Notes: a model not told the origin generated them from the letters alone. 32,000 nt of DNA from Erysipelotrichaceae bacterium (GCA_963663995.1 OY760660.1:1770001-1802000); one strand, 5' to 3'; counted from the first letter of the stretch, positions 17,638 through 25,774 are shown. Numbers and translations are program-made.

Positions 17638-17679
17638 AAAATCACTTAAAAAGATTTATTATATGAATAGATGTTCAAT
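17634..17679 (+). promoter_or_regulatory. candidate cadC-cadA promoter plus ArsR/CadC-type operator
   Basis: TTGAAA (17634-17639), 17 nt, TATTAT (17657-17662). This is followed directly by ATGAATAGATGTTCAAT (17663-17679), which contains the imperfect inverted repeat TGAA-N6-TTCA. Confidence 0.5.
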
Positions 17680-17700
17680 CGTTCATCTAAGGGGATTAAA

Positions 17701-18066
17701 ATGAAAAATTCAGAAACAGTATCTAAATGTGATTGTACGATTATTCATGAAGATGTTGTAAATAATGTTAAGAGCAAAATGCCAGAAGAAGAATCACTGA
17801 TTGATTTAGCTGAGTTGTTTAAAATTTTTGGTGATTCAACACGTGTGAGAATTTTATGGGCTCTAAATGAGTCAGAAATGTGTGTTTGTGATATTTCAGC
17901 TTTATTAAATATGACCCAATCAGCTATTTCTCATCAATTAAGATTGTTAAAACAATCGAATCTTGTGAAGAATAGGAAAGATGGAAAAGTTGTTTATTAT
18001 TCAATCAAAGACAAGCATGTAAAAGATATATTTAGTCAAGGATTCTTGCATATTAGAGAAAAATAA
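17701..18066 (+). CDS. cadC: ArsR/SmtB-family metalloregulator, CadC-like
   Basis: HTH region DSTRVRILWAL...CVCDISALLNMTQSAISHQLRLLK. N-terminal CDC (C10, C12) together with CVC (C61, C63) mimics the CadC four-Cys Cd/Pb/Zn site. Start set at ATG 17701 after SD aagggga; the ORF-track start 17671 is rejected. Confidence 0.85.
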   Translation: MKNSETVSKCDCTIIHEDVVNNVKSKMPEEESLIDLAELFKIFGDSTRVRILWALNESEMCVCDISALLNMTQSAISHQLRLLKQSNLVKNRKDGKVVYYSIKDKHVKDIFSQGFLHIREK

Positions 18067-18079
18067 TGGAGAAAATAAA

Positions 18080-20464
18080 ATGAAAAATAGTAAAGTACTT
18101 CTTGAAGGATTAGATTGCGTGAATTGCGCCAGTAAAATAGAAATATATGTTCAAAAAATTTCAGGACTATCGAATGTTAGTGTTGATTTCGTGAATAGAA
18201 AACTTTCATTTGATTATGATGTGGATGTAAATCTAGTTAGTACAATGGAAAATATTAAAAGATATATTAAATCAATTGAACCTCAAATTAATGTTGTGGA
18301 AATGAAAAGTAATGATGTAATTAGACAAGAAGTTAAACTTGAAGGACTATCATGTGCTAATTGTGCGATCAAAATAGAGAAGAAAATCACGCAGATTGAA
18401 GGTGTAAAATATGCGTCTGTTAATTTTGCGAATCAAAATATAATTGTTGAAATTGACAAAAATATAAATATACATCAATTGAATGAGAAGCTGTTTAGGA
18501 CTTCAAAAACAATTGAGCCAGATATTCGAATGAAATTTCCAAATAACAAAGAGAATACTTTATTAGCGGAAGATGTTAAAAATGATGATTTTGAAAGTGA
18601 TGAAGAAAATGATTTTTCATTAAATAAACAAATATTTAAATTGATTTTTGGTGGAGGATTATTTGCAATAGGATTGATTTTTAAGTTTGAATCAAATATT
18701 GAATTAGCTATATTTCTAATAAGTTATATTATTATTGGTGGCGATATCGTTTTAAAGGCATTAAAAGGTATTCGAAGTGGGCAAGTCTTTAGTGAAAATT
18801 TTTTGATGAGTATTGCAACAATTGGAGCATTCTTCATCGGTGAATATCCAGAAGGTGTTGCAGTTATGTTATTCTACTTGGTTGGTGAATTATTTCAAGA
18901 TATAGCGGTTGATAATTCAAGAAGATCAATAAGAAAGATGATGGATATACGACCTGATTACGCTAACATTAGAATAAACAATGAAATAGTTAAAGTTAAG
19001 CCAGAAAGCGTTAAAATTGGAGATGTTATCATTGTAAATCCTGGTGAAAAAGTACCGCTGGATGGGGTTGTTATTGAAGGCTCATCAATGGTTGATACTG
19101 CTGCATTAACAGGTGAATCGGTACCAAGAGAATTGTTTGTTGATGATCAAGCTATAAGTGGTTTTATAAATCTCAATGGACTTATATTAATCAAAGTAAC
19201 TAAATCTTTTGAAGATTCAACAGTGTCGAAAATACTTGAATTGGTTGAAAATGCGAGCAGTAGAAAAGCGCCAACCGAGAAGTTTATATCAAAGTTTGCA
19301 GCTGTGTATACTCCTATTGTTGTTTTTCTAGCATTAGCATTAGCAATTCTTCCACCATTATTAATACCAAATCAAAGTTTCAGTGAATGGATTTATAGAG
19401 CATTAGTATTTTTAGTTATTTCTTGTCCTTGTGCATTAGTTATATCGATACCACTCGGTTTCTTTGGGGGTATTGGAGGAGCCTCAAGACATGGAATACT
19501 TATTAAAGGTAGTAATTATCTTGAAGCATTAAATAATATTGAGATGGTTATTTTTGATAAAACAGGCACTTTAACCAAAGGCATATTTACTGTTACAAAT
19601 ATTAATTCGGAAGAAGGATTTAACACAGAGAATGTATTAGAACTTGCGGCATATGCGGAAAATCACTCTAATCATCCAATAGCTAAAGCTATTCTGAATA
19701 AATATTCTAAGACAATAGATTTAGATAGAATTAGTGACTATAAAGAAATTTCAGGGTATGGAATAAATTTAAAAATTGATAATATAAATGTTTTTGTTGG
19801 GAATTCGAAATTAATGATAAAAGAGAATATTCCTTTCGAAGAAATTAGTGCGAATGGAAGTATCGTATATGTAGCTAGTGATTCAAAATATATTGGCTAT
19901 ATCGTTGTATCAGATGAAGTCAAAGCAGATTCTAAACAGACAATTGCAGATTTAAAGAAATTAGGGATTATGAGAACCATAATGCTTACTGGCGATAGAA
20001 AAGTAGTTGGCGAAGAAATTGGTAATTATCTTGGCATGGATGAGGTTTATTCTGAGTTGTTGCCGACGGACAAAATTACTAAATTCGAAGAAATCGAAAA
20101 ACAGAAAACAACAAAGGGCAATATTATCTTTGTAGGAGATGGGATTAATGATGCACCAGTACTAGCTCGAGCAAACATTGGTATTGCAATGGGTGGACTT
20201 GGATCTGATGCAGCAATAGAGGCGGCAGATGTTGTAATAATGACAGACGAAACATCTAAAATTATTACAGCGATTAGAGTTGCTAAGAAAACAAGAAAAA
20301 TTGTATTTCAGAATATTGCATTAGCTATGATTGTAAAAGGTATATTTTTAGTATTAGGTTCGTTTGGACTAGCTACCATGTGGGAAGCGGTATTTGCTGA
20401 TACAGGTGTTGCGTTGTTAGCTGTATTCAATGCTTTAAGAGTTATGAATACGCGTGATTTGTAA
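18080..20464 (+). CDS. cadA: Cd/Zn/Pb-type P1B ATPase (CPC motif) with two N-terminal HMA domains
   Basis: Two HMA domains (GLDCVNCASKIE, GLSCANCAIKIE). TM CPC motif (VISCPCALVISIPL), DKTGTLT, HP, GDGINDAP. Lies directly downstream of cadC. Confidence 0.9.
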   Translation: MKNSKVLLEGLDCVNCASKIEIYVQKISGLSNVSVDFVNRKLSFDYDVDVNLVSTMENIKRYIKSIEPQINVVEMKSNDVIRQEVKLEGLSCANCAIKIEKKITQIEGVKYASVNFANQNIIVEIDKNINIHQLNEKLFRTSKTIEPDIRMKFPNNKENTLLAEDVKNDDFESDEENDFSLNKQIFKLIFGGGLFAIGLIFKFESNIELAIFLISYIIIGGDIVLKALKGIRSGQVFSENFLMSIATIGAFFIGEYPEGVAVMLFYLVGELFQDIAVDNSRRSIRKMMDIRPDYANIRINNEIVKVKPESVKIGDVIIVNPGEKVPLDGVVIEGSSMVDTAALTGESVPRELFVDDQAISGFINLNGLILIKVTKSFEDSTVSKILELVENASSRKAPTEKFISKFAAVYTPIVVFLALALAILPPLLIPNQSFSEWIYRALVFLVISCPCALVISIPLGFFGGIGGASRHGILIKGSNYLEALNNIEMVIFDKTGTLTKGIFTVTNINSEEGFNTENVLELAAYAENHSNHPIAKAILNKYSKTIDLDRISDYKEISGYGINLKIDNINVFVGNSKLMIKENIPFEEISANGSIVYVASDSKYIGYIVVSDEVKADSKQTIADLKKLGIMRTIMLTGDRKVVGEEIGNYLGMDEVYSELLPTDKITKFEEIEKQKTTKGNIIFVGDGINDAPVLARANIGIAMGGLGSDAAIEAADVVIMTDETSKIITAIRVAKKTRKIVFQNIALAMIVKGIFLVLGSFGLATMWEAVFADTGVALLAVFNALRVMNTRDL

Positions 20465-20656
20465 GTCATACCAATCTATTGAGTAATAATAGATAGAGTG
20501 TATTAAGAGTCTAGTTGAGTTTAAACATCTGTTTCCTTTTAGTTGAATGATTAAATCTTAAATGCACATACAATGGATTAATTTTCAAAAATGCTTAATT
20601 TGATTATAAATACACAAAATTTTGATATAGTTCATGAATGTGTGCGTATCCTTATA

Positions 20657-20698
20657 AAAACGGAATTATAAATCTAATTGATTTTATAATTCCGTTTT
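20657..20698. terminator. strong bidirectional terminator between cadA and the convergent thioredoxin-like gene
   Basis: aaaacggaattataaa-tctaattgat-tttataattccgtttt forms a 16-bp perfect stem with A/T runs on both sides. Confidence 0.75.
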
Positions 20699-20726
20699 AT
20701 TTACTTAATAATCCAAATAAATGTTC

Positions 20727-21155
20727 TTATTCAAAAATACCAGAATTATTAATTCTTTTAATAAATTTGTCTTCAGTATCTGCTTGTTGAAGGGAAAACT
20801 GATCAAGAATTACTCCGTCTTTTATTACAAATAGTATTGGAAATGAATAAGGAAAAGTTTCATTTTGTTCTAGAAAACTTGTTATAGTTGTCGTTAGAAG
20901 CTCTTGATCTTTTTCTGGGACTTTATCAAATTCTAAATAAAATACATCAAAGTTCTCCTTTTCAATAGAACTCTTAACTACAGAGCGGAATATTTTGCAC
21001 GCTGAACAATACGATAATCCCATATATAGTATAAAGGTATCACTATTTTCCAATTTGTCGTTAACTGTTTTCGTATCTACTTCGATAAATCCAGATGACT
21101 TACAACCTGCAAAAAATAATAAAATACTAAGCATTATAACTATCAATTTTTTCAT
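20727..21155 (-). CDS. thioredoxin-fold lipoprotein (CxxC)
   Basis: Lipobox FFAGC (Cys18). YMGLSYCSACKIF active-site-like CSAC. Size and pattern match exported thioredoxin-like or Bta-like lipoproteins. SD agagga. Confidence 0.7.
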   Translation of the reverse strand: MKKLIVIMLSILLFFAGCKSSGFIEVDTKTVNDKLENSDTFILYMGLSYCSACKIFRSVVKSSIEKENFDVFYLEFDKVPEKDQELLTTTITSFLEQNETFPYSFPILFVIKDGVILDQFSLQQADTEDKFIKRINNSGIFE

Positions 21156-21182
21156 ATTTTCCTCTTTTCTTACTTATATTTA

Positions 21183-21238
21183 TTGACTATAAGTATCATG
21201 TAGAATACTATATTAGTATACATGAATATTTGTTCAAT
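21183..21238. promoter_or_regulatory. divergent promoter region with 28-bp imperfect palindrome and second copy of the cadC-type operator motif
   Basis: Plus strand: TTGACT (21183-21188), 17 nt, TACTAT (21206-21211). Minus strand: TTGAAC (complement of 21232-21237), 16 nt, TAATAT (complement of 21210-21215). Palindrome catgtagaatactatattagtatacatg at 21197-21224. ATGAATATTTGTTCAAT at 21222-21238. Confidence 0.45.
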
Positions 21239-21297
21239 TAAACATATATTATCAAAAATTTAGATTGAAAATAAATAATTAGAAAAGGAAATACATA

Positions 21298-22485
21298 ATG
21301 CGCTTCAAATTCACGATTATTGTTAGTCTATTATTAATTCTATTTGGGTTTACCAATGTGTCAGCCAGTGATAAACAAGTCAACTTATATTACTTCCATG
21401 CGGAAGGATGTCCAACATGTGCACTTGAAACGACATATCTCGAAGAACTTACTTCGAAGGATACGAATCTCGTACTACATAAGTATGAAATCGCATTTGA
21501 TAAAGAAAATCAAAAGCTAAGTAAAGATGTAGGTGAACTCTTAAACCAACCGATTAACTCAACTCCAACCTTAATTATTGGTAGAGAAGTAATAGTAGGA
21601 TTTAAAGAAGGTTCAACTGAAAAGACCATTGAAGAAGCAATCACTTTCGTAAGAGATAACAACGTTCGTGATGTTGTAGGTGAAATGTTAGGCATTGTAG
21701 AACCTGGACAAGGCGTAGATATTATTAATGAAGGATCTAAAGTCAATTTACCATTTTTTGGAGAAGTTGACGCTAAGAGTGTATCATTACCGATATTAGC
21801 AATTGTATTAGGTGGATTAGATGGCTTTAATCCATGTGCAATGTGGGTATTACTCCTCTTAATCAGTATGTTATTCCATCTTGAAGAACAATGGAAAAAA
21901 TGGTTCTTAGGTGGATTATTCCTCCTAACAAGCGCGATTATGTATTTCTTCTTTATGTTGAGTTGGTTAAATATAACGATTCTATTCGGCACATTAGTTT
22001 ATATCCGATGGTTAATTGGAGGTCTGAGTATTGGTGGGGGAATATTTAATATTCGTCGTTATACCCAAATGGAACCAGGATGTGAAATCGTTGATGAATC
22101 GAAACGATTAAAGATTAGAGATCGTTTGAGAGCCATCTATTCACAACCGGTATTCGCGCTTGCGGCTGTTGGGATTGTCGTGCTTGCGGTTTCTGTAAAC
22201 TTAGTTGAATTAATTTGTTCCGCTGGATTACCGGTATTATTTACACAAATCTTAACGTTAAATGATCTTAGTAGTTTTGAATATATGATGTATTTATTCC
22301 TTTATTTAGCGATGTTTATGCTGGACGATATTATCGTGTTTGTGATAGCTATGAAAACTGCAGAACTTACCGGCATCTCTACGAAATACGCACGCAATGC
22401 ACATCTTATTGGGGGGATACTAATGATTCTACTTGGAATCTTTATGATTCTAAAACCCGCTTGGTTGTTGTTAAACTTTCGATAG
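21298..22485 (+). CDS. exported thioredoxin/glutaredoxin-fold domain (CPTC) fused to a DsbD/CcdA-like 6-TM thiol-disulfide transporter core
   Basis: Signal peptide (..TNVSA/SD). YYFHAEGCPTCA plus a cis-Pro-like STPTLIIG. Six predicted TM helices follow, with Cys in TM1 (GFNPCAMW) and TM4 (ELICSAGLP), as in DsbD-superfamily cores. Confidence 0.55.
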   Translation: MRFKFTIIVSLLLILFGFTNVSASDKQVNLYYFHAEGCPTCALETTYLEELTSKDTNLVLHKYEIAFDKENQKLSKDVGELLNQPINSTPTLIIGREVIVGFKEGSTEKTIEEAITFVRDNNVRDVVGEMLGIVEPGQGVDIINEGSKVNLPFFGEVDAKSVSLPILAIVLGGLDGFNPCAMWVLLLLISMLFHLEEQWKKWFLGGLFLLTSAIMYFFFMLSWLNITILFGTLVYIRWLIGGLSIGGGIFNIRRYTQMEPGCEIVDESKRLKIRDRLRAIYSQPVFALAAVGIVVLAVSVNLVELICSAGLPVLFTQILTLNDLSSFEYMMYLFLYLAMFMLDDIIVFVIAMKTAELTGISTKYARNAHLIGGILMILLGIFMILKPAWLLLNFR

Positions 22486-22767
22486 AACATTATAAATCAT
22501 TAATTTAAGTTTTGTAAGTTGCGATGAGTATTATCTACTTCAATGATATTGGTTAAGTATTACTAATTATTTTACCAAGTGATAAACGTAGTACGCATCA
22601 CTGAGTTGAACTACTTTCAAAATACTTACTGGGTCACAGCTGGGTCGCGGATGTCAGTTAATAGTGGTTAATAGTTGTTTTACTTGGGATATTTTCTAAG
22701 ATTTTATGGGATTTTAGTTAGTTTTACTGCGTTATATGAAGTTTCTGAGTTTAATTCTTAAACTCCA

Positions 22768-22948
22768 CTCATCCGCTCCATAACAACGCAAGTCCTTTAT
22801 TTTAGGGCTTTTTTAATGGTTGAACAACGAGCGGGGAAAAATTGGGAAAAAACAAAGGAGAATATATCGATAAATATCAGAAAATTATTTCAGTTAACGG
22901 TAGAAATTTAATAATATAGCAAATGATTTTCGTACTATTAATAACTAA
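22768..22948 (+). repeat. direct repeat copy B (orphan tRNA-Gly 3' end plus ~165 bp)
   Basis: ctcatccgctccataacaacgcaagtcctttatttt...atatatcgataaatatc...cgtactattaataactaa, in the same orientation as 15794-15972. The rest of the tRNA body is absent. Confidence 0.85.
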
Positions 22949-23077
22949 GAAAACCACTAAGAAAAAATATAATTGATGAGAATGAGTTTGGTTCTTTATA
23001 ATAATAATTCTTCTTACTTAAGCGTCATAACTTGTTGTATTTACTTTGACGAGTAACAAACTATGTATAATCCTCAT

Positions 23078-23338
23078 TTACTGTCGCCAACGATAATATT
23101 CGTCATCATTATCTAGACTCATTTCTTCTACTTTTTTCTTAGTATGGATCAAGAAAAACTCAAATTGATAAAGGATCAAAAAATTTTCAACACTCATATG
23201 AAATCTAGTTTGTTCACTATATACCCAGATTTTTTCATCGATAAGAACAAAAAATGATAATGGGGTGGAGATTGTTTTTAAAACTTGACCTTGTTTTAAA
23301 TATTCTATTGAATCATTTATGTTAAATTTGTTTTGCAT
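23078..23338 (-). CDS. hypothetical protein, 86 aa
   Basis: Isolated ORF with no recognisable motif. Coding status is uncertain. Confidence 0.35.
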   Translation of the reverse strand: MQNKFNINDSIEYLKQGQVLKTISTPLSFFVLIDEKIWVYSEQTRFHMSVENFLILYQFEFFLIHTKKKVEEMSLDNDDEYYRWRQ

Positions 23339-23541
23339 ATATTGGTTATATCATAAACTCAGATTATGGACTTGATATAAAAACTGGCATATACTTGAAA
23401 TATACAATTAGTAAAGAGTTAGTTTTATATTTTTAAATTCTTCATCATTTTCATGTAATAATTTGCCAAATTATGTATTAGCGATTAATCATTAAAAGTA
23501 TTAGAACTCACATACTATTAATTTACCTAGGAGTAATCAAT

Positions 23542-25719
23542 ATGAATAAAGATAATAATAACAAATCTAGCAAAATGGATCACAGCGAAATGGATCATAG
23601 TAAGATGGATCACAGCGAAATGGACCATAGTCAAATGGATCATAGCGAAATGGACCACAGTCAAATGGATCATAGTAAGATGGATCACAGTCAAATGGAT
23701 CATAGTAAGATGGATCACAGCGAAATGGACCATAGTCAAATGGATCACGGAACCGAAGGACATGAAGGTCATCATGATCATCACATGATGATGGTGAAAG
23801 ATTTCAAAAGACGATTCTTTGTATCGCTTTTCCTTACTGCTCCGATATTACTTTTGTCGCCCATGATTCAGATGTTTATGGGTGTGGAATGGCGATTTAC
23901 TGGAGATAGTTACTTGCTTTTCATTTTATCAACGATACTTTTTATCTATGGTGGTAAACCATTCTTAACTGGAGCTGTTGATGAATTGAAGAAGAAATCA
24001 CCAGCCATGATGACATTGATTGCTTTGGCGATTAGTGTTGCTTATATTTATAGTTCACTTACAGTTTTTGTATTAAAAGGGAGCGACTTCTTTTGGGAAT
24101 TAGCGACTCTAATTACAATTATGTTGTTGGGACATTGGATTGAAATGAAGTCTATTATGGGCGCATCGAAAGCATTAGAAGAACTTGTTAAGTTAATGCC
24201 AGTTATTGCTCATATGATTCATGATAATGGGGATGTTATGGATCATCCTGTTGATTATTTTAAAGAAGGATTCAATGTACTCGTAAAGCCGGGCGAAAAA
24301 ATACCGCTTGATGGTATTATTTATGAAGGGATTTCATCTGTTAATGAATCCATGATGACAGGCGAATCTGTACCCGTTGAAAAAAATCCTGGTGATGAAA
24401 TTATTGGTGGGTCAATCAATGGGGAAGGTGTTCTTAAATTTACAGTTTCAAGAGTAGGTGAAGCAACATTTTTATCTCAAGTTATTAAATTAGTACGAGA
24501 AGCGCAGGCTTCTCGATCCAACACACAACGCCTTGCTGATATCGCAGCCAAGTGGCTGTTCTATATTGCTGTTATTAGTGGAATAACCACATTTACAGTA
24601 TGGATTTTATTAGGCCAAGATTTAAGCTTTGCCATCGAACGCGCGGTTACAGTTGTTATTATTTCCTGTCCGCATGCTTTAGGACTAGCAACACCATTAG
24701 TAACAGCTGTTTCTACGAGCATTGGTGCTAAAAAAGGATTATTGATTAGAAATCGATCAGCATTTGAAGAGGCGCGAAAGCTAAATGCCATTGTTTTTGA
24801 TAAAACTGGAACCTTAACTGAAGGTCAATTTGGGATTACTGATATTGTCTCGACTGGATTAAATGAAAATGAGTTATTATCACTTATTTATTCTGTAGAA
24901 TCAAACTCAGAACATCCTATTGCAAAGGGTTTAGTGAAAGAGGGTAAAAAGCGCGATCTTAAGCTTCAAGATGTAAAGGATTATCAAGCGTTACCTGGAA
25001 AAGGACTTGTTGCAAACGTAGAAGGTCGAGAGATTAGAATTGTTAGCCCAGGTTACATGATCTTGGAAAAAATTGCTTTTGATACGATCAACTATGAAAA
25101 ACTTGCTGCTCAAGGGAAGACAGTTATCTTTGTGCTTGAAGAGAGTAAATTAATTGGGTATGTAGCACTTTCTGATATTATAAGAGACTCGGCTATAGAA
25201 ACAGTAGCTACTTTAAAAACAATGCATATTGAATCCATCATGCTTACTGGAGATAATACAAAAGTTGCGAACTATGTTGGTCAGAAGATTGGTATTGATC
25301 AGATTATTGCTGAAGTACTCCCTCAAGATAAGGCTATGAAGATTAAAGAATTAATTAAATCGGGCAAAAAAGTTGCCATGACAGGTGATGGAATCAACGA
25401 TGCTCCTTCCTTAGCGTTAGCACATCTTGGTATTGCGATTGGTGCTGGTACAGATGTCGCCATTGAAACAGCTGATGTTATTTTAGTTAAAAGCAATCCG
25501 CTAGATGTAGTCAATATTCTTAAACTATCCAAAGCGACATATCGCAAAATGATTCAAAACCTTATTTGGGCAACTGGTTACAATGTCATTGCGCTTCCTT
25601 TGGCCGCTGGTGTCTTGATTAATCAAGGTATCGTAATAAGTCCCGCTATGGGTGCTGTATTTATGTCATTGAGTACAATTATCGTCTCCATAAATGCTCG
25701 ATTACTAAAAATTGATTAG
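23542..25719 (+). CDS. copB: CopB-type copper P1B ATPase (CPH motif) with His-rich repetitive N-terminus
   Basis: N-terminal (MDHSx)x11 followed by HEGHHDHH. TM CPH motif (IISCPHALGLATP), DKTGTLT, SEHP, GDGINDAP. Resembles Enterococcus hirae CopB architecture as I recall it. SD aggag 8 nt upstream. Confidence 0.9.
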   Translation: MNKDNNNKSSKMDHSEMDHSKMDHSEMDHSQMDHSEMDHSQMDHSKMDHSQMDHSKMDHSEMDHSQMDHGTEGHEGHHDHHMMMVKDFKRRFFVSLFLTAPILLLSPMIQMFMGVEWRFTGDSYLLFILSTILFIYGGKPFLTGAVDELKKKSPAMMTLIALAISVAYIYSSLTVFVLKGSDFFWELATLITIMLLGHWIEMKSIMGASKALEELVKLMPVIAHMIHDNGDVMDHPVDYFKEGFNVLVKPGEKIPLDGIIYEGISSVNESMMTGESVPVEKNPGDEIIGGSINGEGVLKFTVSRVGEATFLSQVIKLVREAQASRSNTQRLADIAAKWLFYIAVISGITTFTVWILLGQDLSFAIERAVTVVIISCPHALGLATPLVTAVSTSIGAKKGLLIRNRSAFEEARKLNAIVFDKTGTLTEGQFGITDIVSTGLNENELLSLIYSVESNSEHPIAKGLVKEGKKRDLKLQDVKDYQALPGKGLVANVEGREIRIVSPGYMILEKIAFDTINYEKLAAQGKTVIFVLEESKLIGYVALSDIIRDSAIETVATLKTMHIESIMLTGDNTKVANYVGQKIGIDQIIAEVLPQDKAMKIKELIKSGKKVAMTGDGINDAPSLALAHLGIAIGAGTDVAIETADVILVKSNPLDVVNILKLSKATYRKMIQNLIWATGYNVIALPLAAGVLINQGIVISPAMGAVFMSLSTIIVSINARLLKID
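23575..23751 (+). repeat. 15-bp in-frame tandem repeat, about 11.8 copies (atggatca[ct]ag[ct]nan), encoding MDHS[EKQ]
   Basis: Read directly from the sequence: atggatcacagcgaa atggatcatagtaag atggatcacagcgaa atggaccatagtcaa and so on. Differences between units are mostly synonymous or at the fifth codon. Confidence 0.95.
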
Positions 25720-25742
25720 ATCATAAAAATTAAAAGTAACTG

Positions 25743-25774
25743 AAGGAAATCCGAAGCCATGGATTTCCTTTTAA
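25743..25774 (+). terminator. rho-independent terminator of copB
   Basis: aaggaaatcc-gaagccat-ggatttcctt forms a 10-bp stem followed by tt, 24 nt after the stop codon. Confidence 0.7.

Noticed and set aside
21510-22490. Minus-strand ORFs of 160 aa and 62 aa
   Set aside because: They are antisense to the Trx-DsbD-like membrane protein gene. The sense frame has a signal peptide, a CxxC motif and coherent TM helices, and the antisense frames have no motifs.
15973-22767. Integrase, excisionase or relaxase gene expected inside the repeat-bounded island
   Set aside because: None of the ORFs or the non-coding tracts shows recombinase motifs by eye. The island is therefore described as recombinase-less and not called an intact integrative element.
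23339-23541. CopY box (TACAnnTGTA) or CsoR-type operator upstream of copB
   Set aside because: Only a near miss (tacaattagta, about 23404-23414) and the AvrII-like cctagg overlapping the SD were seen. No regulator gene is adjacent, so the support is insufficient.
23575-23751. Possible CRISPR-like or minisatellite array
   Set aside because: The units are contiguous 15-mers with no spacers. They are in frame inside copB and encode a metal-binding peptide repeat, so this is not a CRISPR array.
23527-23784. 85-aa minus-strand ORF (MVHFAVIHLTMIHLT...)
   Set aside because: It is the antisense reading of the 15-bp MDHSx tandem repeat inside copB. Its periodic sequence is an artefact of the repeat, and there is no SD.
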